Shown: positions 1 through 13,060 of the stretch, in pieces
Layout: each line of letters opens with the position of its first letter
Numbering within the stretch: the stretch's first letter is position 1
Source of the DNA: Centruroides vittatus
Lineage: Eukaryota
DNA length: 64,000 nt
Assembly (NCBI RefSeq): GCF_030686945.1
Contig: NW_027122708.1
Location: 5,866,248 to 5,930,247 of the forward strand
Direction: 5' to 3'
Translations under genes and position numbers: made by a program
Notes under the pieces: model-generated
The model's database searches: none
Told to the model about the DNA's origin: nothing
Seen by the model: only the letters and a program-made list of their open reading frames with translations

Positions 1-2212
1 AAAGCTTGAAATATTGGATTTATCTTATAATCATATATCTGATATTTACAATGATGATTTTTTTGGAATAAAACAAACTCTTAAAATTTTGAATCTTGCA
101 GGAAATTTACTGACTCATGTCAATTTAGATAGTTTCAAGGATTTTGAGTTCTTGCATACTTTAGATCTTTCTTCAAATATGATTATTACTGTGCATGATA
201 TGGCATTTCAACAAGGATCTAATCAACTAAAGAATATTAATCTCTCAAACAACCAGCTCATGAAAATTCCATTTGCAGCACTTGCAAATTTAAAAAATTT
301 GCAAATTTTAAATTTAATGGATAATAGAATTCATGCTATATTTGATTCACTTTTTCAAACAAAACTCTCTCTCGATGAGTTAAATTTAAAAAATAACATA
401 ATTAAATCATTATTACCTTTATCATTCCAAAATTTTAATTTTATCAATAAAACATTTTTGACTGGGAATCCAATAGAGATAATTAACGAAAATGCATTTA
501 AAGATACAAATATTAAAGAATTATACATAGACAACTGTGAAATTACTACAGTACATCCAAATTCTTTTAATGGGCTTGATAATAGTCTACAAGTATTGGA
601 TTTGCATTTAAATAATATTTCTATTTTCCCTCAGTCAGCATTAAAAATTTTGAATAAATTGAAGAATTTAAATATTGCAGAGAATAGAATTAACTTGTTC
701 CCAAATAATGCATTTCAAAATATTAGAAAAAACTTACAACAACTTGATGTAAGTGGAAAATATATGGTGACTCTACCATTTACAGAATTAAGTTCTATGT
801 ATAATATGAGAAAATTAAGTTTGAATGGAATACATGGAAATATATTAAGTAAAGAAACATTTAATACACTTGAAAATTCCCATCCATTTGAAAAATTGAG
901 TCTTAAAAGGAATGGAATTTCCAGTATTGAAAATAATGCTTTTCGCAATTTACCAGGATTGCGCTTCCTCGATTTATCTTTCAACAGCATTTCCAATATT
1001 CAACCAATGGCATTTAAAGACATTGGTTATTCTTTAGAAACATTATTCTTGCATCAAGCATTTTCATTATCAACACTGGAACCCAAACCATTTAAAGAGT
1101 TATCTGAATTATATGAACTTGATTTAAGTGCTAATAATATTGTATTTATTCCAACTAATACATTTGCATATATGCAAAAATTAAAATTTCTCAATTTAAA
1201 TCATAATCTTCTTACAGAAATTACTCCTGATCATTTTCAATATGTCAATAACCCAAATTTAGAAATTTTAAAAATTTCTTTTAATAAAATCAAAAATTTA
1301 AAACAGCATACATTTTCAAATCTTCGCAATTTAAAATATCTAGAATTAAATGATAATAATATACAATTTATTGAAAGTTTTTCATTTGTTAATCTTCATT
1401 CAATCACCCATATCAATTTGGAAGGAAATAAAATACAAGAATTGGAATCAGAATCATTCCAAAATTTAATAGAAATTAAATCATTGAATTTTGCTTATAA
1501 TGAAATGGAAAATTTAAATATAGATGCATTTAATCAAGTTGGGACTATGTCTACATTAAAAATTGACATGAGTTATAATAAGATTAATAAACTGATAAAA
1601 AATGATTCAAACTGGCAGCCATTTCGTGAAATTAAAGTATTTGATTTTACTGGAAATAACATATCCTATATAGATTCTTTTTATTTAGACTCAATGAAAT
1701 CTTCTCTCTCAGAGTTATCATTAAGTTCTAATAACTTATTTAATATAACTGCAACAACTTTAGCAAATCTTTATCATCTTCAGAACTTGAAACTTGATCA
1801 AAATTCTATTGATATTATTGAAGAGGATGCACTAACAGGAATGGAAAACCTATTATTATTAAACATTTCTCATAACAACATAATAGATTTGCAAGCGGAT
1901 GTTTTCCGAGAAAATACAAATTTACGAATACTCGATGTTTCGTATAATATTCTACGTGGTTTACCAGATGATATATTTAAAAGAACAAAACTAGAAATAT
2001 TATCCATTTCTCACAATAAAATGATCCATTTTCCACATGAAGCACTTCAAGCCATCAACAAAACCTTAAAATACCTTGATCTTTCACATAACAAGATTCG
2101 TTTACTTCATTTCGATCATATGAAATATTTAGAAAATCTAGTTTGGCTGGATCTTTCGGAGAATCATTTTCGACAAATTGAAGAAACCTCTTTAAGCTGG
2201 TTGCCAAAACTT
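1..2212 (+). CDS. Chaoptin-like leucine-rich-repeat protein, internal or 5'-truncated exon (about 730 aa of tandem 24-residue LRRs); ends at a GT donor (gtaagt at 2213)
   Basis: The frame-2 ORF is open from the window start to 2212. It is made of repeated LxxLxLxxNxIxxI units (LDLSYNHISDI, LNLAGNLLTHV, LDLSSNMI and so on). A canonical donor aaa ctt|gtaagt sits at 2213, and frame is continuous with the next exon. The chaoptin assignment is an inference from the LRR-only architecture plus the GPI-type C-terminus. Confidence 0.8.
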
Positions 2213-2633
2213 GTAAGTACAAACATATCCATATATTTCTAAATTGATAAAGATTTACTATTTAGAAACAAAAAGTCTAAATCTGAATTATATATTTAAT
2301 TAAAACTTAATTTTAATTTCTATTTTTATTTCAGACTTACATTTTAGAATAGAAGTATTTTTAATTGTTTTTTAACAAATCTAACATGAAAAAATAATAT
2401 TTTGTAAATTGGATTCCTTAAATAGACTAAATTTGTTGATATAATCTTGGAAAATTTAATTAAAATTATTTTTTATATTTTATCTTTATTACAGAATTAA
2501 AAAATAATACTGTAGTTTTATTTCATGTAATTAATTAATTTCTTTTAATTTAATTTTGCATTTTCTGAAAATTTATCAATTTTTCAAATTTTATTTTATT
2601 ATCTGAGTATTTTCTTTTTTCTTTCCTTTTCAG

Positions 2634-3440
2634 CTTGTGTTAAATCTGTCTCACAATCTTTTCCAACAAAAATTTTACCAGACATTAAAAACACTTCCAA
2701 AATCCCTCCACACACTAGATTTAGCCGGAACGAATTTGTCGTTTATTCCTGATTTGAACCTCCCTAAATTATTAAATCTAAATTTATCTTATAATCAAAT
2801 ATCATTTTTAGATTCTGGAAAGTTTTCTAATTTATCAACATTACATGTATTAGATCTGTCTTATAATAATTTTTCATTACCTTCTCATCCTAATAGTACA
2901 TGGCAAAATCTCCCATTTCTAAAGAATCTTTATCTTTCTGGTAATCCTATTTTAAATTTAACAAATGATAGCTTTTTTGGATTAAATCAATTAGAAGGAT
3001 TATTCATTCAAGATTTGCCACTTCAACACATCCAAATTGGTGTATTTAAATTATTAAGATCTCTCCAAAAATTAGAAATGAATACATATCCAGAAAGTGA
3101 ATTTTATGATTTAGGTACAACAATTTCAAATAATCAAGGATTAAGACATTTAAAATTGCATGTACAAGAAAATGATTTTGAATATAAGAAAAAATATAAT
3201 TTCCCTAAATCTCTTAAAACAATAACATTACAAGGAGAAAAACTTCAATCAATTAATGAATTTTTCTTTGAATCATTGGAGAAACGAGATTTAACAATTC
3301 ATATTCATAATACAAACTTAACTGAATTATCGTCAGGATTTTTTTATAATCTTGGCAAAATAATGAAGCTTAAGATAGACGTAAGAAACAATAAACTGAA
3401 AAAACTTGAAGATGTAAGAAATAATCACCATTTCAAATAT
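2634..3440 (+). CDS. Chaoptin-like LRR protein, exon 2 (269 codons, LRRs)
   Basis: A polypyrimidine tract plus cag acceptor lies at 2631-2633. The exon is phase 0 and in frame with exon 1 (…SWLPKL|LVLNLSHNLF…). A gtaagt donor sits at 3441. The LRR periodicity continues. Confidence 0.75.
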
Positions 3441-3504
3441 GTAAGTCTAAAATACTTCATATTTTATCTAACTTGATCATTTTTTTAAAAATATTTTTTT
3501 TCAG

Positions 3505-3819
3505 ATACATCAAGTAAAATTGCTTTCTCTGCTGTTATCTGGAAATCCTTGGAATTGTGACTGTAATTTAGCTTGGATTAGAGATTGGATTAGAGAAAAA
3601 GATTATAACAATATAGCAACTAATTTCAAAAATTCTGATTACCACATAAAAAGTTTAAGACAAACAGAATGTATTAATAAAAACAATCAATCCATTTTAG
3701 AAGTATTGAAAACTGATATGAATTGTTATTTGTCTTTTCAGTCAAGCTCAGCTGATAATATTTTTCTGTATAATATACTGTTAATAATAATAATGTGTTC
3801 CTTTAGTACTATCGTATAG
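3505..3819 (+). CDS. Chaoptin-like LRR protein, terminal exon: LRRCT (NPWNCDCNLAWIRDWI), a serine-rich omega region and a hydrophobic tail (GPI-anchor-like); stop at 3817-3819
   Basis: A tttttttcag acceptor ends at 3504. The NPWxCDC motif is the hallmark of the LRR C-terminal cap. The protein ends …SSSADNIFLYNILLIIIMCSFSTIV* with no cytoplasmic domain, which is consistent with a GPI signal peptide. Confidence 0.75.
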   Translation: MHQVKLLSLLLSGNPWNCDCNLAWIRDWIREKDYNNIATNFKNSDYHIKSLRQTECINKNNQSILEVLKTDMNCYLSFQSSSADNIFLYNILLIIIMCSFSTIV

Positions 3820-4696
3820 AATAAAATGTTATGGTTAATAAATAATTATAATACTAAATTTAAGATTAACATTACTATATGAAAGCTTTGACAGTTTTTA
3901 ATAAATTGTTGGCACCTTTAATATATCACATTTAAATTTCAACCATAATTTACCATTGCTTATTTATTTATATATGTTAAATCACTAGACCAATAAATTA
4001 AGATGGAGAAAGTTTGAGTATATTTACACAATACTTTCAATATTAAATTAAAAATGTTATCAAAAAATTTTACACAAACAATTTTAAATATTTGAAAAAG
4101 ATACATTAACACCAAAATATACCGTATCAGTAGCCTTAAATAAAAAACGATATTTTCTGTTGTTATAACTTATTTATAGTTTAAATGATCTATCAGTTTT
4201 ATGTATTAATAACTTCAAGTGTTTATATTATATTTTTACAAAATTTTTAATTAATTTAAAATTTGAAAAATTATAAAACTACAAAATTTTGTAAGCATTT
4301 CTTAATCTTAGTTTTTATTTTATGATTTTTTACTTATACATAAATTATTATAAATCAATATATTTTGAAAAAAATAAACATTATACCTCCTTATATGACT
4401 TAATCCGTTCCTGATGTTTAGACTTACACTGAATAGGACGTATACCAAACCAACCTTTCCCATAAGAAGTAATGTAAAAATGATTAATATGTTCTCATGT
4501 AAAAAAAAACCCTCTTGATATGATATATTAATGGGGTTGTAAAATAATTTAAACACTGTTTGAGCACATTAATAAAAAAATAAATTTTATTATAGATTTT
4601 TAAAGTTATTACAGTATATTGTATTATATTATTTAAATCCTTAAATCAAAATCAAATCAAACTCTCCTTAATACTAATAAACTGTTTAGAAATTGA

Positions 4697-4906
4697 TTAA
4701 ACCCCTTTCGCAACGTTAGCAGATTTAATAATGTCTTTATTTTTCACGATTGTCGATATCGTCGTTCTCAGAATACGGTATGCAACAGTTAAATCTCGAA
4801 CACCCATACCACCTTCATATTTCTCAACAATCTCTTTTTTCAGTTCCATTGTGATTCTAGTCATTTTTTTAGTTTTCTGTTGCTTTTTATTTGCCTTTTT
4901 TTGCAA
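4697..4906 (-). pseudogene. Fragment of a pogo/Tigger-like (CENP-B-type HTH) transposase N-terminus
   Basis: The translation …MTRITMELKKEIVEKYEGGMGVRDLTVAYRILRTTISTIVKNKDII matches the psq/CENPB-type HTH pattern at the N-terminus of pogo-family transposases (xLTLxEKxxIIxxxExGxSxxxLAxxFGISxSTISTILKNK). Only about 70 aa are present, with no catalytic domain. Confidence 0.5.
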
Positions 4907-5994
4907 TTCATGATTAATAAAAATAATAAAATTTTACTTACAAATTAAAATCAGAAGAAATTTAACAAAGTTATAAACTGTGGGACCACGAACATCTAGT
5001 CTGGTCTAGTACACAGATAGTGCTACTTGTTCATAGATGGCATGTATAATTGAATTAAGTCGTATACCGAGCAAAATTTGTTTTGTCCAAACAGGACGTA
5101 TTCCAAATTGGATGTATTCTAAAGCAGACATATACCAAGGTTCCACTGTATATGTATTTTACAAATAAATTAAAAAATATATAATCTAAGTATTTAATTA
5201 GGCTATAATTATGAATTAGTCAGGAGGGAATAATTTTTATTATTGTGGTAATAAAAAATTTTAAATTAAGTTATAAAATATTTCTAATATTCTAATACCA
5301 TGATTATTATAAAAATTACTTTAATACTGCAATACTGTATGAACAACAAATAAAAATCACAATATGTATACAGAGTATGAGACAATGCCGAATGAAAGTT
5401 AATACTAGGTAGCAATCATATATACAAAGAAACAGACTAAAGAATGATCCATATGAATAAAAACAAGCATTACTTTATTCTTGTAAAATTTGAAGGAAAT
5501 CCTTTTAGCTGTATGAATAAAAATAGAAGCAAAACCTTATACATATGAGCATGAAGTAAATGCTTTTGAACGAAGATTTTGCTTTAGTAATAAGTATTCC
5601 ATATGAATAAAAGTAAGCATTTACTTCCTATTACAAGCATAGCCTTTGAAAAACATGCATCTAGTCAGATGTAGACTCAACTGCAAGACATGTGGTTTGT
5701 TCTTGCTTTTTATCTGAGTTTATTTTCTGTTAATGTTTAACCATGATTAAAGTAGTTAATCTAAGAAAGGTTAATTATTATAAACTTTGTTCTCTCCACA
5801 AGTCTGTGATTTAAAGATGTTATTTAGGTTTGAGGAAGAAAGTGGTTGGCACATAACCTTTTAGGAGTGATGACAATCACATGGAGGTGCACTAACTTCT
5901 TTACAAAAAATGAAAATATGTTTAAAATAAAGAGCTACTTCCGGATTCACCATATGTTACCCCTTCTTCCATAGATGCCAAGACCATCATTGAT

Positions 5995-7917
5995 TCCAAC
6001 ATGACTAAAACACATGGCTGTACCTACACCTTCTGCAAACTGGACATGATATCCTTATACCCATCTGTTCCTATATTTGAAGCCATAACGCTAGCCAATG
6101 CTATGCTCCTCAGAAAGGAATTTACTGTTCAACAGGTGCTAGATATTCATGAAGCACTAACTTTCATCACTGAAAACAACTACAGGTAGGCCTCCTACAA
6201 TGCGTTTTCACTCCAATGCGTTTGGAAAAACGCGGAAATTTTCTTACAATGTGGTACTTTTACAACACAGTTTAGGGTATTTAGAAACAAATTATCTTTC
6301 ACATAACGGAAAAATCGCAATGTATCACATAAGGGCAGTGGAACTTGATGAAACAAGTTCAGATCTTGAAATAAGGCCAGTCAAATATTCTCGAACATCT
6401 ATAATAAGTGACGATGAGGACTGAATTTGTGAGCATAACATGTTTCTTTTTGATTTTGACTTGAAATCATAATCTTTTTAGTTTTTATATGATGTTGAAT
6501 TTTATTTAAGTTTTTTTATGTACATAAATTTAAAAAATGATGAAAATGTTACACCATAAAAGGCAGTTTTTTCTCTTTTTAGAACTGAATCCCAGTTTTT
6601 GTATTAAGTTGGTGTCTCCTATAATGTGATTTCCCACAATGTGGTATTTTCAAGAAATGTATCTACCATGTTGTAGGAGGTCTACCTGTATTTCGGTTTT
6701 AACAAGAAAGTCTACTTGCAGAAGCAAGGAGTTCCCATGGGCTCTCCTCTCTCCGCAGTTTTGACCAAGCTTGTCACGAGAGACAAAAAACTTTTAACAC
6801 CCCACTATCTGCTATCCGTCACTATATTTACACTATGTCGATGACATCCTAATAATATGGGAAAATACAAAAGAGGAGTTCATCAAATTTAAGCAGCAAC
6901 TTTCAAGCATATACACCACCATCAATTTCACCTGGGAGAAGGAGCAGGATCAATCTACAACGTTCTTAGATTTGCGACTACAAAAGTCACTTGAAAGGCT
7001 TCAGTTTAAAGTGCATCATAAATCCAACGTGATACCTTATATCATCCCAGCCGATGCTTTTCAACCGTCACGGTATGTCAATGCCACCATAGCGGCTCTC
7101 ATCAGAAGGGCCCTACTACTTCCATCATTGCAAGCTCTAACAGAGGTTGAATTGGAAATCATCAGAAGGGCCCTACTACTTCCATCATCGCAAGCTCTAA
7201 CAGAGGTTGAATTGGAAATCATCAGAACGGCAGTATGTCACACTAGTTTCACAGGTGCCAAATTTTCACGTACTATGTAGGGTAAAAGATTCCCTTTTCC
7301 TATTTACCATGCTACACAGCAAGAAAGATATATCTATAGTACAATCAGCATTGCCGTACCTAGGACCACCCTCCATACACATTAGCTGTATTTTCCAGTG
7401 GCATAACTTTGCTCGCCCTCTAACTCCCTTACCAAGTCTACACACGAACATATGCAATCATCGAGATAAAGTATCTACTTTAGAAAAATCAGGAGTGTAT
7501 GCAGTACAACTAGAAAATCCGGTAACAGGAGCAATTGAGATATATATAGCGGCAATGACAAGAATGCTCGCTTGCCGCATTGCAGAGCATCAGGAAGATG
7601 TAGCCAAAGGAAAACAAACCACAGATCTCACCAAAAAAGTTCTACAGCAAGGCTACAACCCATTGTGGTCCAAAACACAATTCCTCAAGCACTGTAGTAG
7701 CAGAAAGATTGTATTTATTTGGGAAGTGCTTTTCACAATGACTACAGATGCATGCAATGTTCCTGCCCTCGACTTGCCGAGATATTTAAATGCTGATATA
7801 AGGCTACCCATAACGAAATGTGCCAAACGTCGTACAATTAGCATGATTGCAATTCAATGCACGTGCCGCCTGCTGTGTGAATTTAAAAGTTTTCGAATAT
7901 TCTCTAAAGCTTGTTGA
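5995..7917 (+). mobile_element. Degenerate Penelope-like element (PLE) copy e: RT (F.KLD…YPSVP, GVPMGSPLS, YVDD) plus GIY-YIG endonuclease (SGVYAVQL…IYIAAMTRMLACRIAEH), with frameshifts and an internal insertion
   Basis: ORF 6001..6189 carries RT motif 1/2. Region 6700-7080 carries RT motifs A-C across frameshifts. ORF 7207..7917 carries GIY-YIG. The order RT then GIY-YIG is diagnostic of PLEs. Confidence 0.7.
7100..7221 (+). repeat. 61-bp perfect tandem duplication inside PLE copy e
   Basis: atcagaagggccctactacttccatcattgcaagctctaacagaggttgaattggaa occurs twice in tandem, and a third partial copy starts at 7222. Confidence 0.85.
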
Positions 7918-8579
7918 ACATTACTAATGGTTTTACCGGATGTTTGATTCAAAAATCTTTAAGAATTTTCTGCTCTCCTTGGAACACTCTGCACGTTCTT
8001 TTTTTTATGTTTTTCTTTTTCGCCTGAGGACGACGAATTTATACTCGTCGAAAGTACTTGCGATATAAGAAATATTGTATTAATGCTGAACTCAGTGCTC
8101 GTTATTAAGACATTATATATGACTTTATCACAAAAAACAAGAATTTCAGAAGAGCCAGGTCCTTCATCACAAAAAATGAACTTTACATTTCTGTGTGCAT
8201 ATGTTTGTGTGTTATATTGTTATGCAAATTAATATAAAATATGTTAAATAAGTTAAAATTATAGTAAAATTTGTTCATTTGTGTTCGCAATCCCCTTTCC
8301 TTATTTACTCTATGTTAAAATGACCTCATGTAATGCTGTTTTGCTTAGCGCTTTGTTGTCTAGGAACAAATCCCCCGCATTAAGCAGGGTCTTACACTGT
8401 ATGTATATAAATAGTTAAATAATATATATACAGTATATATATATATATGAGAAATTTTGTATATTATTATTTAACTATTTGATGCAGTCATCCTATCCTT
8501 GGTGAGAGAATGGAATGGAATAATATAGATTCAAAGGCCTCAAACTAGTTCAATTGACCTAGAATTCATAAAAGAACCA

Positions 8580-8624
8580 TCAAGTGCATGTCTTCCTAGT
8601 GAGGCTGCTATAGACAGGCCAAAT
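8580..8624 (-). CDS. Ro60: Ro60/TROVE2-like gene, terminal coding exon (IWPVYSSLTRKTCT*), stop at 8580-8582
   Basis: A tttatacag acceptor precedes the exon. It is phase 0 and in frame with the preceding exon. Confidence 0.5.
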   Translation of the reverse strand: MWPVYSSLTRKTCT

Positions 8625-8665
8625 CTGTATAAATTAGAAAATATTTGACATATAAACAAACATAC

Positions 8666-8776
8666 CTGAATGCCTTGAGTAGTTAGTGGGCATAAATAAT
8701 GTTCAAGTAATACAGAAAATTTTTCATTATAAAATGTAAAAACTGCATCTTTAGCTTCTTCTTTGGTAAATCTGAT
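8666..8776 (-). CDS. Ro60: Ro60-like exon (IRFTKEEAKDAVFTFYNEKFSVLLEHYLCPLTTQGIQ), C-terminal vWA region
   Basis: A tatatctag acceptor and a gtatgt donor flank the exon. It is 37 codons, phase 0-0. Confidence 0.6.
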
Positions 8777-10869
8777 CTAGATATAATAAAATGTTAAAAA
8801 AATTATATGAAAAATTTGATGAGAAAAAATTATTTTTTAAAAATAAAAATTGGTTAACTTTTTAATTTATTTTTAAATTTTTCTAATTGATAATTATTTA
8901 AATATAAATTTTTTACATTCAATTTAATCATTAAATCAGAAAGTTTCTCAATCTCTCATATATTTTAAAGTTACATCCATTTTATTCTCATTTTATAACT
9001 TTTCAGAAATAAAATTTGAATTAATAACAAATATGTAGAATTATTCTTTTATACTTGTTTTACTTTAATTAAAATAAAAGTTCTGCTATTAGGAACAAAT
9101 CTCAAAATAAATGTAAAAAATATTCAATTATATATGGTAGAACAAATCAATTTATTCTATTGTAATTGCTCAACATTTAATATTCATTTCAGGATTTTTT
9201 TAAATTATTTTTTTAAACTCTTTCTACCTTGTGGACATTAGAGGGCCTTTTATCCATATAAATCATGAGTTTGACCAGGCCCACAAGGAGGATGGGGCCC
9301 AACATATCTGAGTAAGACTATCCATGAAAAATTTCTGGAGTTTTTAGACTTTCCATACTTGATCCATATCCCCTACAGTAGTAGAATAACACCTTACCTC
9401 AGCCATTTGGCTGTCCTATCTCAAGATTTTCAATGCATACTTAATGTCTGAAAATTTCACAAATATAAAAAAATAACCATCCACCAGGAAGACTTAAAAT
9501 AAATGTGTTTAAGTTCATTATCATATCCTCAACATTTAGAAATTTCTAATGTAATAGCATATTCTGATAGAGTGTAAAAAGCACAAAATAAAACAAAATG
9601 ATTTGTTCCCAAAAGCAGATCTTTTAAACTTTCTTTAATAAGAAATTATTATTAATTAAAATTAATTCCTACTTTACGATGCCAATCTAGACTTCCTTTG
9701 TAGTATAAATAAATATTAATATCAATAATTCAAATGTTTAAAAAAGAAAAATAATAAATTTTAATTAATGTTTCAACTATATCTTAGCTAGAATTTAAAA
9801 GAATTCATTTAAAAACCAATTTGAACTCTTGTAATGATCAATAGAATTATATTTGATATTCAAAATTTAATATCATCAAACTGTTCACTATAATCACAGT
9901 GATTACCAATATTATCTAATAATGATTTCTTTAAAAAGATTTCATTTTTAAAAGCATAGAAACAAACAAAAAAGAACAAGCAATTATTTATTGTGACATT
10001 AAAAATTGCAGCTTGGCATAGTGATAATCATATTTTAAATTAAATAAATTAAAAATATATGATCTCCACCTTGAATTAGTAATGGCTTCCCCTGTATATC
10101 ATACTTTTCCTTTAACAATAGTCATGCCAGTCAACTAATTTACACTTTTCAGGGGAAAATTTTTTAATTGAAATAATGTGACTTCTAGTTTGTATCGAAA
10201 ATTCTTATATAGTTAATCAGAGCCTCTTGCCACTAAGCTTTCCACATCTGGTCTTGTCTTTCATCTATCCAACTCTGTTCTCAAGTTTAAGAAAAGACAG
10301 ACAGATAAATGGATGGACAGCCAGACATGCGACAGTGGAAATTTATAGGTCTATATTTGAGTTTTCTTTTTTTGGGCCAAATTGCAACAAAAAAAAATAA
10401 TCTCAAATATATCCAAGAAACCAGATGAATTATTGTTTTATTTACCTGTAAATTAAATAAAACAATAATTTTATAATCTGTGAAACTGAGTTGCAGTATC
10501 CTTAAAGCCAGTTTAATAAGTCCTGTTAATAATCCGTAATCATCCCAATGTACAAGTAATCAACAATAGCAACAACAATGGATTAAAACTTAAACTAAAG
10601 CAAAAAGTCATGAACAGATACATTTTTTAAATATAGACATCCAATTGAAAGGAGATTGTATAACAAATTTAAAAAAAACTTTTATTGAAGAAATTAAATT
10701 GGTGTTCATTTTTAGTATAATAATTGAATTTTAAAATTTGTATTTACATTTTACATTTAAATTAAATAATAAATACAGTGATTAACACATTTCTCAGCTC
10801 ATAATTAAAATTTTAAAAACATATTTAATAAGATATTCTAATATAATTTATCAAAAATAGAATATTTAC

Positions 10870-11025
10870 ATTAAAATTATTCATCAGATTAAACACATTA
10901 TCTAAAATTTTCTCATCTGAAATTTCTGGTGTGCACCACTTTTGGTCATTTATAATCACTTTCAAATCAAACTCTTCACAGGCATATGATATCATCAATG
11001 CTAACATTAAACAACCATAATGCAT
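10870..11025 (-). CDS. Ro60: Ro60-like exon (MHYGCLMLALMISYACEEFDLKVIINDQKWCTPEISDEKILDNVFNLMNNFN), vWA domain
   Basis: A tttttcag acceptor and a gtaaat donor flank the exon. It is collinear with human Ro60 …[45 protein letters not shown] (same spacing, conserved hydrophobic pattern). Confidence 0.65.
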
Positions 11026-12102
11026 CTGAAAAATAAAATTTTTAATATACATAATTAAATTTTATAAGTTTTATTTTAAATGAATAATGTATTTATTACA
11101 TGCTTGAGATATGAATAACTTATAAATTATTTGAGTTACTAAAATAATATTATTTGTTAAATAATAAATTAATAAGTGTCACAGTGTAATGTATCAATCT
11201 TACAAATTTCTTTTTTTATTTTCTTATTTTATTCAGTTCTAAACTCTATAATTAATTCCATTATTATAAATTACAAAATTATAAATTAACCTGCAATAAC
11301 CTGATAACTGGGGAAATATTCCAATAAATTAGAAAAATGTAAACTCCCAGTAAAAAACAAATTCTCATTTAAGAAAGTTTTTGTTTAACAAAATAAATGA
11401 TTGTAACTTTCAATAAAATTCCCTGGTAATGGAATATAATTTTCATTCAGTTTGTATGGATTGTCTTTTCTAAATTTATGCTTGTATGTTATAAGAAATT
11501 TTTATGCTTGAGGAATTTAAAATTTTTTAAATTGAAAAATATGAACATGATGATAAATTTAACTTCCAAATGCAATAAATGTTTCCCTAATTAGTTGAAA
11601 ACTTATGCCACTGCTGTATAAGTCTTATGCTATAACTATAGTTTGTTTATTGTAACTTTGTGCATGCTTCTGCCAGAAATAGTTTGCAAAAGCAGTACTC
11701 TTTTCTAACAATTGTCTCCAAGACTAAATTGATAACAACACAAGTTCACATTTTTATTTGGACATTACCTGTCTAATTATAGAAGCAATGGCAATGTGGA
11801 GAAATATATTTTGTGGTGGACAGTGATGTGGTGGTTGCTTTACTTCTTTGCTTCATACGTAAAGTTATAGCAAACAGACTATAGGTATGTCAAAAAGTGT
11901 TCAAGTGACACAGATGCAAGTCAAATGTGGGGTGTGCATATAAACAAAATAATTTTATGATAATCACAATTTTATACACCAAGCAATTGCCAGATTACAT
12001 TTGGTTATAATAATGCTGCTAATAATTAAGTAATTTGGTCTACAGGTAGGCATTATGCACCATCTCTTGATAAATTCAATAATTAATTTAGAAGGTTCTG
12101 GA

Positions 12103-12175
12103 AAAAAAAAAAAAAAAATCAGCTAAAAGTGAGACTTGAACCCACAACTCCTGTTTGCCATGCAGATAGTTTGTT
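12103..12175 (-). other. tRNA-like T-arm (GTGGGTTCAAGTCTCAC) followed by a T17 run on the - strand; SINE tail or tRNA-derived fragment, not a complete tRNA
   Basis: The minus strand reads …ggagttgtgggttcaagtctcacttttagctga(t)17. No complementary acceptor 5' strand was found upstream. Confidence 0.3.
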
Positions 12176-13060
12176 GTAATCCAGCAATCATTTGGAGTTA
12201 AACTAAAAATTGGGTTATTGGATGTTTATATTTGAACAATTTTATTCAATACTTAAGTACTAAAAATGTATAAAATTGTTCAAATAATTGATGATAAAAA
12301 AATAAAAATATAATGTTTTTCAACAAATTTGAAATTATAACTAATACCTTATGTCTAAGCTTATATTAATATTTTCTCATTGAATCTAAAAACTTATTTT
12401 TGAGAGGATAGATTGGTGGAAGAAGGCAGTGCAAAACTTGAGCAATCTGCTAAGGAAGAAGTGCCTCCCAAGAGTCTTTCTGTGGGAAACTGGCTTCTAT
12501 TTAGGTGTTAGACATGTGAAGAAAACCTAAAAAACTTTATGGCTAGCATATTGGTCAGGTGCAAATGCATGACTAACTACCAGTGTTTGGTGGTTTTATC
12601 CACTCTGACACTGGCTTATTAAAATTAAAAAAAGGTTTCGAGTTAGCAAGGAAATGACAAATTGATCAAGTTTTTAAAGAAAATAAGCATTTTCACAAAC
12701 TTTCTGAGGATTAAAACAATATTTATAGTCAGTGAATACTTATTATACATCATTAGATATAATTATAAAATGAAATTCACATTCATTTCAAAGGATTAAA
12801 CAAAGGATCAATTCTATATTTCCAAAAACATTACCATAAAATGACTCAATTAAACAAAAAAAAATTTTCTACAAAATTATAGTTTGCATACTAATTTTTC
12901 AGAGCAGCTTATTTTGCAGTTATGTACAGGATGATCATAATTAAAGAGCAGGTGTTCAGAGATACCTACATTGCTTTTAAGCACTACATTTAAACTAAAT
13001 TAAAAATACAAACAGATCATTCTAATACTGAAAATAAAATACTTTATTATAATTGAAATG

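Noticed and set aside
715-996. 93-aa minus-strand ORF inside chaoptin-like exon 1; also 7266..7457 and 7653..7844 minus ORFs
   Set aside because: They are antisense to well-supported coding sequence (the LRR exon and the PLE GIY-YIG domain) and have no independent signals.
7098-7226. CUGAUGA on the minus strand, repeated three times within the 61-bp tandem duplication
   Set aside because: It lies antisense to PLE RT coding sequence. The downstream sequence lacks a helix II plus GAAA arrangement, so it is a coincidental heptamer.
12120-12260. Candidate tRNA gene (T-arm GTGGGTTCAAGTCTCAC plus a T-run terminator on the minus strand)
   Set aside because: No 5' acceptor strand complementary to ttttagc and no D-arm were found. 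It is more likely a tRNA-derived SINE tail, and it is recorded as a low-confidence feature only.
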